Source: Arachnia propionica
GTDB taxonomy: Bacteria; Actinomycetota; Actinomycetes; Propionibacteriales; Propionibacteriaceae
Direction of reading: 5' to 3'
DNA: 64,000 nt
Assembly (NCBI RefSeq): GCF_003859805.1
Contig: NZ_RQZG01000007.1
Span: 88,312-152,311, forward strand
Below are positions 19,154 to 28,588 of this stretch, in pieces. Position numbers and translations under genes: made by a program. The notes beneath the pieces were generated by a model. It made no database searches, was not told the DNA's origin, and saw nothing but the letters and a program-made list of their open reading frames with translations. The first letter of the stretch is position 1; each line of letters opens with the position of its first letter.

Positions 19154-20851
19154 TCACCGGTGGATGGCCAGCAGGATGCGCCATCCCCCCTTGGAGTTGT
19201 CCGCCCACTTCAGCAGCGTGGCTCCGCCGTCCCGGGTGCGGATGGTGTCCATGATGCTCCAGGACCCGGAGCTGTAGGACTCCCCCTCCGGGGTGGGGAG
19301 CGGAATCGGGGGAGCCAAGGGTTCGCCATCGCTTCTGGTAAGGGTCAGCTCCTCAGTGCCGAACAGACCCGGAACCCATGCATTCTCGGCCAGTGGATCA
19401 TTGCCCACACCCTTGCTCGCCTCGGGGGGTTCCCACGCCTGTCCGCTCCACGAATCCAGCATCTGCCCTGACTCGGAGGAGACGTAAACCGTCGGGAATC
19501 CGGTGAACGAGCCCCCGATCTCCGGATCGCCAGCAGGGGCCTGCAGCGTCTCCTGGGTCTCGATGTTGGTCCATCGGTTCGTCCCATCCGAGGGGTCGTG
19601 GACCAGGGTCCATCCCCGATACAGCTTCACTTGCTGCTCCGGCGGGTTCTTGACTCCTCGGTCCAGCTGGGCGACGACCTTTGTCGGCTCCTGATCCGAG
19701 ACCACATCCATCGGCCTCACAATGCAGTCCCCACACCCCGGCACTGGATCGTCAGCCGCCGAGATGTCAGGCAGCACCACCAGCCGGGACGAGCTGTTGG
19801 TCCCGGGCAGGAATTCCTGAGACCTCTTGGCCTCCCACTTCTGCTCCCCGGTGTGGATGTCGTAGGCGATCCGATCCACCACCACAACATGATCGGTCAC
19901 CGACACCCTCTCCTTGTCACAGGAAAAAGGAAGAACGAAACGCACCTGACCGGTGAGCCCATCCAGCACCGTGAGCACCCCCTGTTTCCCACCACAGGTG
20001 GCGAAGACCACGGTGGTACCGTCAGGGGACAGCACCAGCCGATCATCCCACCCCTCTGCGAGGAGGTACCCAGCCAACGGAAAATAGGCCTTCCGGCGCT
20101 GGAGCTGGTACTGCCACAGTTGCTCCCCCGTCTCACCGTCAACCCCGACGACGGTGTCATCGTCACTCAGGATCGGACCCCGAGCCCCCGGAACAACCTG
20201 CGTCCCATCCATCAGCTCCAAGGAGGTGAAGGTCGCCACCAACTCCCCCTTCACCGTGTCGTTCGGAAGCCGCCCCGGCATCCTCGGCACCTCTGCAGAA
20301 GCCTCAGCCGTGATGGAGAGCACCGGCGACAGATCAGCCGTGACCTTCTGCACCCCGAACCCAGCACCCGCCACCGCCAGCATCACGCCAGCCGCCACGG
20401 GCAACACCACCACACGCCCCCGCAGCCGCTCCTTCTCCGCCACCGGAATCATCACGAACAGCAGAACAACTCCAGCCCCCACCAAACAGCTGAACCCCAT
20501 CGCAGCCGCCGGATCAGGCCCCGCCCAGGTCAACGCTGTGGTGACGATGCGCCACGCCTGCACCGTCGCCGCGATCATCAGCCCCAGCCCCACCACACAG
20601 GCCACCCGCATCACACGAGAACGCAGGAACACCAGCGCCACCACCAACACCGCGACCCCGGACCCGAACAACGCCCACAACAACGCCGACAACTGACTCG
20701 GCCCAGACACCTCAGGGAATGCAGCTGCAAGCAGGAACCACAGACCAGCAGCCCCCAATCCCAGGCACACACCCACCAGACACGACCGCACCCACCGCCA
20801 CACCGCGCTGGCCCCGTCCCTCACTGTCTGCTTCGTCTCCATGCGGCCCAT
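19154..20851 (-). CDS. Membrane-anchored protein with PQQ-like beta-propeller repeats
   Basis: Several N-terminal TM helices, then repeated ...DG..LW.. beta-propeller-like segments (GEQLWQYQL, GEQKWEAK). Confidence 0.55.
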   Translation of the reverse strand: MGRMETKQTVRDGASAVWRWVRSCLVGVCLGLGAAGLWFLLAAAFPEVSGPSQLSALLWALFGSGVAVLVVALVFLRSRVMRVACVVGLGLMIAATVQAWRIVTTALTWAGPDPAAAMGFSCLVGAGVVLLFVMIPVAEKERLRGRVVVLPVAAGVMLAVAGAGFGVQKVTADLSPVLSITAEASAEVPRMPGRLPNDTVKGELVATFTSLELMDGTQVVPGARGPILSDDDTVVGVDGETGEQLWQYQLQRRKAYFPLAGYLLAEGWDDRLVLSPDGTTVVFATCGGKQGVLTVLDGLTGQVRFVLPFSCDKERVSVTDHVVVVDRIAYDIHTGEQKWEAKRSQEFLPGTNSSSRLVVLPDISAADDPVPGCGDCIVRPMDVVSDQEPTKVVAQLDRGVKNPPEQQVKLYRGWTLVHDPSDGTNRWTNIETQETLQAPAGDPEIGGSFTGFPTVYVSSESGQMLDSWSGQAWEPPEASKGVGNDPLAENAWVPGLFGTEELTLTRSDGEPLAPPIPLPTPEGESYSSGSWSIMDTIRTRDGGATLLKWADNSKGGWRILLAIHR

Positions 20852-20884
20852 TCTGCTTCACACAAGGGGCACCCCGAGCGTGCA

Positions 20885-20995
20885 CCAACTGGCGGGTTGC
20901 TTGCGCGAGGTCGCGATGTCAACGCTGCCAACAAAGCAGAACGGCGATTCGTGCTCGAGGGGACGGCGCGGACCGGCGGGCGGTTCGATGAGCGA
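20885..20995. repeat. Interspersed ~100-nt intergenic element, copy A
   Basis: AACTGGCGGGTTGCTTGCGCGAGGTCGCGATGTCAACGCTGCCAACAAAGCAGAACGGCGATTCGTGCTCGAGGGGACGG...; compare copies B and C. Confidence 0.8.
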
Positions 20996-21026
20996 GCGGG
21001 CCGACGGGGACAGGGCGCGGGGGCGG

Positions 21027-21398
21027 TCAGTCGCCGCGACGGTTGTTCAGGGCCGCGGCGAAGTTCACCATCACGATCCCGACCCACGCCAGCGCGCCCG
21101 CGAAGAAACCGCCCGTCGAGAAGGCGATGGCGGTCAGCGGGATCGCCAGGGCCAAGGAGATGACCGCCAGTATCGTGCTCTGCGTCTTCTCGGCCTTTCG
21201 CTGACGTCCGGGAACCACACCGAACTGCTGCTCGTGGGCGCGGGTCAGCGGCCCGGTGGTCTGGCCCTGCTGCCTGCGGACCTCCGCCAGCACCTTCTCG
21301 GCGAACGAGTCCACCAGTGCCGGCTCCATCTCAGGGCCCAGATCCTGGCGGGCCTTCAGCACGGCTTCGAACTCGGACTTGTCCAGTGGCTCCGTCAT
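21027..21398 (-). CDS. Small membrane protein (hypothetical)
   Basis: 123 aa, with a soluble N-terminal half and two C-terminal TM helices. Confidence 0.5.
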   Translation of the reverse strand: MTEPLDKSEFEAVLKARQDLGPEMEPALVDSFAEKVLAEVRRQQGQTTGPLTRAHEQQFGVVPGRQRKAEKTQSTILAVISLALAIPLTAIAFSTGGFFAGALAWVGIVMVNFAAALNNRRGD

Positions 21399-21454
21399 GG
21401 GTCAAGTCTAGATCCGGGGTCCCAAGAGCCGCCTCGGGCCCCTTCCAACCCGTG

Positions 21455-21550
21455 CAGGAACCGCCGGTCTGCCTGCACGAGACGTCGATGTCAACGCTGC
21501 CAAACAAGCAGAACGGCGATTCGTGCTCGGATGGGACGGTGGGCGGTTTC
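21455..21550. repeat. Interspersed ~100-nt intergenic element, copy B (more diverged)
   Basis: ...GCCTGCACGAGACGTCGATGTCAACGCTGCCAAACAAGCAGAACGGCGATTCGTGCTCGGATGGGACGGTGGGCGG... Confidence 0.8.
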
Positions 21551-21641
21551 AGAACCTCAGAAACAGGTGGTGGCGTCGGAACGCCGGGGAACCGACGGTT
21601 CGTGCCCCCTGATCGTCGGGTCCTCGGGATAGGCTCAGGTC

Positions 21642-22853
21642 ATGGCGATGTCCAGTTCCCCCGAGAGTCCCCAGGCCCTGTCCCGGGTCGTGGGGGCCGT
21701 CGCCGACTGGGTCGGTCGGCTCGGTGAGATCTGGGTCAGCGCCCAGGTCATCGAGATCAAACGCCGCAGCTACGCCACCCAGTTCCTCACCCTGCGTGAC
21801 CGCACCGTCGACATCTCCTGCTCCGTCACCACGACGGCGTTCGTGCTGGACGCCGCCGGTCCGATCCCCGAGGGCTCCGAGGTGATCGCCCGGTTGAGGC
21901 CCAGGGTGTGGGAGCGCAGCGGTTCCCTCAACTTCGAGTGCCTGGAGCTGCAGGTCGCAGGCACGGGCCGTCTCCTGGCAGAGCTCGACCACCGTCGCCG
22001 CGCACTCCAGGCCGAGGGCCTGTTCGACCCGCACCGCAAACGCCCCGTGCCCTTCCTGCCCCGCCGCATCGGGCTCATCACCGGCAAGGGCTCCGACGCC
22101 GAACGCGACGTGCTGCGCAACACCCGCCGTCGCTGGCCCGCCGTCTTCGAGATCGAGCACACCCTCGTCCAGGGCCCGCAGGCCGCCACCCAGATCATCA
22201 CCTCCCTGCGGCACCTCGACGAGCACCCCGAGGTGGATGTCATCGTCATCGCCCGCGGCGGCGGCTCCCTGGAGGACCTGCTGCCGTTCTCCGACGAGGG
22301 CCTGGTCCGGGCCGTCGCCGCCTGCCGCACCCCGGTCGTCTCCGCGATCGGACACGAATCCGACGCCCCCTTGATCGACTTCGCCGCCGATCTGCGTGCC
22401 TCCACCCCCACCGATGCCGCAGCCAGGATCGTGCCGGAGCTCGACGCCGAGGAACAGTTCCTCACCCAGGCCCGGCAGCGGCTGCAGGGTGCCGTCGAGA
22501 CCTTCCTGCAGCGCTGCGAACAGGAGCTGGCCGGGCTGCGTGCCCGACCCGTGCTGGCCTCCCCGCTGGCGGCCCTGAGCGGACACACCGACCGCCTGGC
22601 GCTGCTCCGACTTCAGCTGCGTGCCGCCGTCGAGCGCCGTCTGGCCGCTGAGCAGAGCCAACTGGACGCCCACCTGCAGGTGGTGCGGGCGCTGTCCCCG
22701 CAGGCGACGCTGCAACGCGGCTACTCCCTGCTGACCGCCGGCACCACCCCCGTCACCGCCGCCACCGCCCGGGTGGGTGAGACGATCACCGCTCATCTCG
22801 CCGACGGCGAACTGGACCTGAAGGTCACCGCGACAAGGAGCACCGATGAGTGA
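21642..22853 (+). CDS. xseA: Exodeoxyribonuclease VII large subunit
   Basis: OB-fold N-terminus followed by catalytic-domain blocks (GLITGKGSDAERDV, VIVIARGGGSLEDL). 403 aa. Confidence 0.9.
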   Translation: MAMSSSPESPQALSRVVGAVADWVGRLGEIWVSAQVIEIKRRSYATQFLTLRDRTVDISCSVTTTAFVLDAAGPIPEGSEVIARLRPRVWERSGSLNFECLELQVAGTGRLLAELDHRRRALQAEGLFDPHRKRPVPFLPRRIGLITGKGSDAERDVLRNTRRRWPAVFEIEHTLVQGPQAATQIITSLRHLDEHPEVDVIVIARGGGSLEDLLPFSDEGLVRAVAACRTPVVSAIGHESDAPLIDFAADLRASTPTDAAARIVPELDAEEQFLTQARQRLQGAVETFLQRCEQELAGLRARPVLASPLAALSGHTDRLALLRLQLRAAVERRLAAEQSQLDAHLQVVRALSPQATLQRGYSLLTAGTTPVTAATARVGETITAHLADGELDLKVTATRSTDE

Positions 22854-23034
22854 TACCCCGAGCTACGAGACCGCCCGCGACGAACTGGCCACCACCGTCG
22901 CCACCCTCGAATCCGGCGGGATCAGCCTGGCCGAGACGATGGCACTGTGGAAGCGGGGCGAGGAGCTGGCCGCCATCTGCCAGGCCCACCTGGATGCCGC
23001 CCGGGCCGCCGTCGCCGAGAAGGAGGAGTCATGA
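22846..23034 (+). CDS. xseB: Exodeoxyribonuclease VII small subunit
   Basis: 62 aa, SYETARDELATTVATLESGGISLAETMALWKRGEEL. Its start overlaps the xseA stop (ATGAGTGA). Confidence 0.85.
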   Translation: MSDTPSYETARDELATTVATLESGGISLAETMALWKRGEELAAICQAHLDAARAAVAEKEES

Positions 23035-23210
23035 AACCGAAACGACCACGCCACGTGCGTGTCCTGTTGCTGATGCTGTGCATCCTCATCGGCTTCGTTG
23101 TCATCGACGCGGTCTTCCGCCCATCGATCGAGGCAATGCGCTGGGTGCTCGGTTGTGTCGTGGCCTACCTGATCGCGGATGCCTGCACCAAGCGGGACGA
23201 GCAGGACTGA
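23031..23210 (+). CDS. Small membrane protein (hypothetical), translationally coupled to xseB
   Basis: ATG overlaps the xseB TGA (ATGA). One TM helix (VLLLMLCILIGFVVIDAV). Confidence 0.4.
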   Translation: MKPKRPRHVRVLLLMLCILIGFVVIDAVFRPSIEAMRWVLGCVVAYLIADACTKRDEQD

Positions 23211-23222
23211 GGGCTTGTCCTC

Positions 23223-24023
23223 TCACTTCCCGAAGCGGCGCTCCCGCTGGGCGTAGCTGCGCAGCGCCCGCACGAAGTCGACCTTCCGGAAGTCCGGCCA
23301 CAGGGCCTCGCAGAAGTAGTACTCGCTGTGCGCGGACTGCCACAGCAGGAAACCGGACAGCCGCTGCTCCCCGGAGGTGCGGATGATGAGGTCCGGGTCC
23401 GGCTGGCCCGCGGTGTAGAGATGCTCGGAGATCTCGTCGATCTCCAGGCTGCCCGCGACCTCCTCCAGACTCCGTCCCTGCGCGGCACGCTCCGCCAGCA
23501 GCGACCGGAAGGCGTCCCGCAGTTCGTGCCTGCCCCCGTAGGAGACCGCGACGTTGATGTGCATGCCCGTCACGTCCCGGGTGCGCTCCGCCGAGGCCCG
23601 GAGGCTCTCGGCCCGCTGCGTCGGCAACAGGTCCAGGGCCCCGACCGCCTGCACCCGCCACCGGTTCGTCGCGGCCAGTGCCGCCACCAACTCGTCGATG
23701 ACGTCGAGCAACGGCTCCAGCTCATCGGAGGCGGAACGGGTCAGGTTGTCGGTGCTCAGCACCCACAACGTGATGACGGGGATACCGGCGTCGTCACACC
23801 AGTCGCAGAACTGCTGCAGCTTCGCCGCCCCGGCCCGATAGCCGGCGACGAGCGGCTGCCCGGGAGCGTTCAACCGCGCCCAGCGTCGGTTCCCATCCGC
23901 CAGCACGGCGACGTGCTGGGGCAGGCTCCGCGGGTCGAGCCGCTTCAGGACCCCGGACTCATACGTGGAGTAGAGCCACGCCGGGGGCCAGATGCGATCC
24001 AGGAGCCGCGATAGGGCAGACAT
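23223..24023 (-). CDS. uppS: Isoprenyl transferase, cis-prenyltransferase (UppS family)
   Basis: HVAVLADGNRRWA and the C-terminal RTSGEQRLSGFLLWQSAHSEYYF are hallmark UppS motifs. Confidence 0.9.
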   Translation of the reverse strand: MSALSRLLDRIWPPAWLYSTYESGVLKRLDPRSLPQHVAVLADGNRRWARLNAPGQPLVAGYRAGAAKLQQFCDWCDDAGIPVITLWVLSTDNLTRSASDELEPLLDVIDELVAALAATNRWRVQAVGALDLLPTQRAESLRASAERTRDVTGMHINVAVSYGGRHELRDAFRSLLAERAAQGRSLEEVAGSLEIDEISEHLYTAGQPDPDLIIRTSGEQRLSGFLLWQSAHSEYYFCEALWPDFRKVDFVRALRSYAQRERRFGK

Positions 24024-24082
24024 GGTCCAAGGGTATCGGGCGCGAACGCCCTTTGAGGACCGTGCGGGGTTCCGGGTCCGTC

Positions 24083-24195
24083 ACGAACTGGCGGGTTGCT
24101 TGCTCGGGACCGCGATGTCAACGCTGCCAGACAAGCAGAACGGCGATTCGTGCCCGGGAGAAGGACGTGCGGACTCGCGAGGACAGCGGGAGGAC
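24083..24195. repeat. Interspersed ~100-nt intergenic element, copy C
   Basis: AACTGGCGGGTTGCTTGCTCGGGACCGCGATGTCAACGCTGCCAGACAAGCAGAACGGCGATTCGTGCCCGGGAGAAGGACGTGCGGAC... Confidence 0.8.
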
Positions 24196-24240
24196 CCGAA
24201 CCCGCCTTAGCCTTACCCCAGGACCAAAGCGGGAGCACAG

Positions 24241-24544
24241 CATGAACCCATGGAAGGACATCTGGATCTGGATCGACGCACTGCCGCGCGGCAGGCGGAT
24301 CATCGTCACGGCCGCCGCCACGGTGACCCTCTGGTTTGCCGTCGTCCTGATGCTGCAGCTGAGGATCGACGCGTTCGACTGGATCCACATGACGCTGTTG
24401 TCGCTGGCGGTCGCCTTCGGCGCGGAGGAAGGACGCAGGATGCGCCGAGAGCTCACCCGGGGCAGGACTCACCCGGCCCCGGAAGAATCCCCAGCGTCAG
24501 ATATCGTGCCACCGCCCGCTCGACGCACGGATCGCGACGATTGA
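24241..24544 (+). CDS. Small membrane protein (hypothetical)
   Basis: ~100 aa with one or two TM helices. It overlaps convergently with the 3' end of the hydrolase gene, which lowers confidence. Confidence 0.35.
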
Positions 24545-26036
24545 GGGAGACGTGCCCGATGCCGTCGACGGTCAGCAGCTGTGCCGACTCCAGCCGCTCA
24601 CTCAACCGGGCCGAGTTCTCCAGCGGCGTCACCGGATCACCCGTACGACCGATGACGAGGATCGGAGGTGCCCCCTCACCCCGCAGCTGCAACGGTGGCT
24701 GCACCCACGCGGTCCAGAACTCGCACATCGGCTGGGTACCCAACGAGGCCGCGAACACCGGGGCCTCCGCACGCACCCCCACCAACTCCTCCAGGGCGGC
24801 CAGGAACCCCCGATCCGGCCGATCCGCACACACCACCGCCGGCAGGGCCGAGGCCGCCTGCAGCCACCCGTCGTCGTAGTCCGTGTTGAGGTCCGAGGCG
24901 AACAGCAGCCCGGCACCGTCCCCATCGATGGCCTGCATGATGTCCGTCGCCAACCCCGGGTAGTGGTGCTCACCCCAGTACAGACTCCCCGCCACTCCCC
25001 GCGCCGCCAGGCCCTGCGTGAGCGTGCGTGACCCGACGGACAACGGTGCCCGGTCGAGGCGCTGCAACAACCCGGAGATCCGCTCCACCACCTCGGCCCC
25101 ACTGTCACCCAGAGGACACGACGACTCGGTCCCGCACCAGTTCGCGAAGTGCCCGAGCGCCCGCTCCAGCCCTGCCAGGCTGACCAACGGCCGCTCACCC
25201 GTCACCTCGACCGCACCGTCGAGCACCATCCGCCCCACCCGCTCCGGGAACAGCTCCGCGTAGGTCGCCCCCAGCAGACTTCCGTAGGAGATCCCGAGAT
25301 AGGAGGTGCGTGGCACCTTGAACAGGTGACGCAACAGATCCAGGTCACGGGCCACCTCGACGGTGGAGACGTGCTCCAGCAGCACCCCGGACAGTTCCCG
25401 GCAGGACTCCGCCAGGCTCTGCCAGGCCTGACGCAGCATCACCCGCTCGGCCTCGTCATCCGGGCTCCCGTCCGCCTCGTAGGCCGCGGTCAGTGCCTCG
25501 GGCGCGCACCTGACCGCCGTCGACTCCCCCACCCCGCGCGGATCCCACCCCACCAGGTCGAACCCCGGCAGCAGATCCGGCTCCATGCCGCGGATCACCG
25601 GGCCCGCCGCGCCGCCGGGACCCCCGGGATTGAAGAACAACGGACCGAGGATCCCGGTCCTGGACCGCAACCGGGTCACCGAGATCTCCAGCGCCGCCAG
25701 CCCCGGGTTCTCCCAGTCCAACGGCACCAGCACCGTCGCACACTGGGCAGGCGCACAGTCCCGCCAGACCAGCTCCTGGTCCCAGTACGCCGCCAGGTCC
25801 TCCCCAGGCGCCACGGGCAGCCCGGAGACGTCATCACCGCGCACCACCGGACGATCCGGGCTGTCCACCCCCGGCAGCACGGGTGCCAGGTGCTCCGCCA
25901 CGGGCCGGGTCGGCACCCCCGGCTTCGCCGGCATCACCGGTGACGGTGATGGCGACGGCGTCACGGGCTCATCCGGTGTCGGGGCAGCGGTGCAGGCCGC
26001 CATCGTCACCGCGACGACGACGGCCACCAGCATCCC
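24453..26036 (-). CDS. Secreted alpha/beta hydrolase of the TAP (tripeptidyl aminopeptidase, S33) family; lipoprotein
   Basis: Lipobox-type signal (VAVTMAAC), nucleophile elbow GISYGS, and a C-terminal TAP-like region. Paralogue of the next gene. Confidence 0.75.
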   Translation of the reverse strand, partial: GMLVAVVVAVTMAACTAAPTPDEPVTPSPSPSPVMPAKPGVPTRPVAEHLAPVLPGVDSPDRPVVRGDDVSGLPVAPGEDLAAYWDQELVWRDCAPAQCATVLVPLDWENPGLAALEISVTRLRSRTGILGPLFFNPGGPGGAAGPVIRGMEPDLLPGFDLVGWDPRGVGESTAVRCAPEALTAAYEADGSPDDEAERVMLRQAWQSLAESCRELSGVLLEHVSTVEVARDLDLLRHLFKVPRTSYLGISYGSLLGATYAELFPERVGRMVLDGAVEVTGERPLVSLAGLERALGHFANWCGTESSCPLGDSGAEVVERISGLLQRLDRAPLSVGSRTLTQGLAARGVAGSLYWGEHHYPGLATDIMQAIDGDGAGLLFASDLNTDYDDGWLQAASALPAVVCADRPDRGFLAALEELVGVRAEAPVFAASLGTQPMCEFWTAWVQPPLQLRGEGAPPILVIGRTGDPVTPLENSARLSERLESAQLLTVDGIGHVSLNRRDPCVERAVARYLTLGILPGPGESCPG

Positions 26037-26052
26037 TCGGCCCCTCACCACC

Positions 26053-27720
26053 TCACGCCTTGCACGTGGTGCCCTCCGCCGGGATCGTACCCTCGAGGAG
26101 GTAGGCCGCGACGGCCTCGTCGACGCAGGCGTTGCCCGCCGTGACCGCCCCGTGCCCGGGACCGTCATAGGTCAGCAGGTTCCCCGACTCCAGCTGCTGC
26201 GCCATCGTCACCGCATGCTGGTACGGGGTGGCGGAGTCCCCGGTGGAACCCACCACGAGGATCGGGGCCGCCCCCGTACCCGTCAGCTTCAGGTGCGGGG
26301 CGGAGTCCGCCGTCCACAGCTCACAGGTGTAGTCCACACCCATGTTCGCCGCGAACAACGGTGACTTCGGCAGGAGCTCCTGCCACTGTTCCTGCAGCAC
26401 GGTGATGCCGAGATCCGCATCGTCGACGCACCGGGTCGCGGGGAACGCGTAGGCCACCGTCTCCCAGCCCTGCTGGCCACGCCCGTTGAGCAGGTCGGAG
26501 GCCTGCAGCAGCATCGCGCCGTCCCCCGCCCTCGCCTTCACGATGGCCTGCGTCAGCACCGGGTACTGCTCGGCGCCCGAGTACAGGAACAGCGCGATGC
26601 CGGTCGCCCCCATCGCCTGGGTGAGCGTGCGGTTCCCGACGGTGAGCGGGGTGGCGTCCAGTCCCTTGATGAACTCCGAGGTGCTGGCGACGATCTCGTC
26701 GGTGCTGCCGCCCAGCGCACAGTTGCCCTGCGCCACGCACCAGTCCGCGTAGTTGCGGAACGCCAGCTCGAACCCCTCCGACTGCGCGACGGCCTCGTCG
26801 TTGGTGATGTCCACCGCCGAGTCCAGCACCAGGCGCCCCGTGTTCTCGGGGAACAGCTCCGCGTAGACGGCACCGACGTAGGTGCCGTAGGAGACCCCGA
26901 CGTAGTTGAGCTTCTCCGCGCCCAGCAGGAAACGCACCAGGTCCAGGTCCCGGACGTTCTCGATGGTGGTCAGGTGGTCCAGCAGCTCCCCCGAGGCGTC
27001 CCGGCACTGCTGGGCGAACCCGGACCACGCCTCACGCAGCGCGACCTGCTCGGCCTCGTCGTCTGGTGTGGTGTCGGCGGTGAAGGCGGCATCGGTCTGC
27101 TCGGTGGTCCCGCACTGCACCCGCGTGGAGTCCCCGGTGCCGCGCGGATCCCAGGAGACGATGTCGTAGCCCTCCCACGACCCCTGCAGTTCCGAGCCCA
27201 GGGTCTGGGCGAACTCCTTGCCGCCGAACCCCGGCCCACCGGGGTTGACGAACAGCGGACCACGCGACGACTCCTTGGCCGGGATCCTGAGCAGGGAGAT
27301 CTCCAGCGCAGCCTTCCCCGGGTTCTCCCAGTCCAGCGGCACCTTCACCACCGCACACTGACCACCCTGGCAGTCGGTCCACTCCAGGGTCTGCTCCCAG
27401 TACGGCTGCAACGTGTCACCGAGTGCAGCGGGCAGGGTCACGCTCGGGGCACCCGCACCCTCGTAGGTGACCTGCCGATCCGGGTTCAACCCCGACGGGT
27501 CGTCCCACGTCTCGTGCTCCGCCACCGGCACGCTCGGCACGCCCGGCTGCTGGGTGCCGACGGCAGGGGGCGTCTGGACCGACGGTTCGGCCTCCCCCGG
27601 TGTCGGCGACGACTCGGGTTGCTGCCGTGGCAGCACCATGCCCCCGACGAAGAAGGACACCACCAACCCGATGGCGATGAGGATCAGCAGCCGCTGCACC
27701 CAGGAGACCCAGTCGCGCAT
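26053..27720 (-). CDS. Secreted/membrane-anchored alpha/beta hydrolase of the TAP (S33) family; tandem paralogue
   Basis: N-terminal TM anchor, GVSYGT elbow, and shared blocks (VPLDWENPG, LFxNPGGPG, ENVRDLDL). Confidence 0.75.
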   Translation of the reverse strand: MRDWVSWVQRLLILIAIGLVVSFFVGGMVLPRQQPESSPTPGEAEPSVQTPPAVGTQQPGVPSVPVAEHETWDDPSGLNPDRQVTYEGAGAPSVTLPAALGDTLQPYWEQTLEWTDCQGGQCAVVKVPLDWENPGKAALEISLLRIPAKESSRGPLFVNPGGPGFGGKEFAQTLGSELQGSWEGYDIVSWDPRGTGDSTRVQCGTTEQTDAAFTADTTPDDEAEQVALREAWSGFAQQCRDASGELLDHLTTIENVRDLDLVRFLLGAEKLNYVGVSYGTYVGAVYAELFPENTGRLVLDSAVDITNDEAVAQSEGFELAFRNYADWCVAQGNCALGGSTDEIVASTSEFIKGLDATPLTVGNRTLTQAMGATGIALFLYSGAEQYPVLTQAIVKARAGDGAMLLQASDLLNGRGQQGWETVAYAFPATRCVDDADLGITVLQEQWQELLPKSPLFAANMGVDYTCELWTADSAPHLKLTGTGAAPILVVGSTGDSATPYQHAVTMAQQLESGNLLTYDGPGHGAVTAGNACVDEAVAAYLLEGTIPAEGTTCKA

Positions 27721-28550
27721 CAACAATCCTTTCCGAGGGCCGGGTCGCGCTCCGCCCGCGCCGTGAAACCAGAACACACCGAGGTCAGTGGGCACCGTCC
27801 GACCCCGTCAGGGCCACGCACCGAGACCTCGTCGGTGGGAACATGATGCGCCACGACGGTGCCACCGGCCACCCGCTCCCCGATGGCAGGGGCCCGCTTG
27901 AGGAAGTCCACGTAGAGCGGATGCTCGTAGGCCAGGCAGCACATCAGCTTCCCGCAGGCCCCCTGGATCCGGAGCGGGTTCGCCGCCATGTGCTGACTGC
28001 GTGCCAACCTCATCGAGACCGGCTCCACCTCGTCGAGGAACAGGGTGCAGCACAGTTCCCGCCCGCACATGCCCACCCCACCGGTCAGCCGTGCCACGTC
28101 CCGGGAGGCCACCTGCCTGAGATCCACACGAGCACCCAGGGCCCGGGCCAGGTCACCCACCAGCGCCCGGAAGTCCACCCTGCCGGGAGCGGTGTAGTAG
28201 ACCACCGCCACCTTGTCGTGCCCACCACCGGCATCCACGCAGTCCGTGGCCACCACCTTCATCGGCAACCCGTGGGCGGTGATCCGTTCGACGGCGACCC
28301 GCTGGATCTCCGCCCGACGCTCCCGCCGGGCCTCGTCCCGACGCAGGTCGGCCTCGACGGCCCGCCCCACGCAGCGCGGCAACGGCGCATCGGTGCTCGC
28401 CACCTCCGGGGCCCACACCACACGCGCCACCTCCGGGCCGTCATCGGTGGGGTACAGCACCCAGTCCCCGACGGCGTAGTCATCGCCGCCGGGGTCGAGG
28501 TAGTGCAGCCGCCCGTGCTCCTCGAAGGTGACCGCCATGACTTTCGACAT
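27720..28550 (-). CDS. PSP1 domain protein (RicT/YaaT-like regulatory Fe-S protein)
   Basis: PSP1 C-terminal Cys-rich signature GMCGRELCC...GACGKLMCCLAYE. It is adjacent to holB/tmk, the conserved synteny. Confidence 0.8.
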   Translation of the reverse strand: MSKVMAVTFEEHGRLHYLDPGGDDYAVGDWVLYPTDDGPEVARVVWAPEVASTDAPLPRCVGRAVEADLRRDEARRERRAEIQRVAVERITAHGLPMKVVATDCVDAGGGHDKVAVVYYTAPGRVDFRALVGDLARALGARVDLRQVASRDVARLTGGVGMCGRELCCTLFLDEVEPVSMRLARSQHMAANPLRIQGACGKLMCCLAYEHPLYVDFLKRAPAIGERVAGGTVVAHHVPTDEVSVRGPDGVGRCPLTSVCSGFTARAERDPALGKDC

Positions 28551-28588
28551 GGGTCAAGCGTAGTGGCGGTCCCTGACAGGAACGTGAA

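Noticed and set aside
19598-21163. 521-aa ORF on the + strand
   Set aside because: Antisense to the propeller membrane protein gene. It is His/Arg/Pro-rich with no domains.
24116-24121. TTGACA hexamer (minus strand) inside each copy of the repeat as a candidate -35 box
   Set aside because: No acceptable TANNNT -10 hexamer was found 16-19 nt downstream on the minus strand in any copy.
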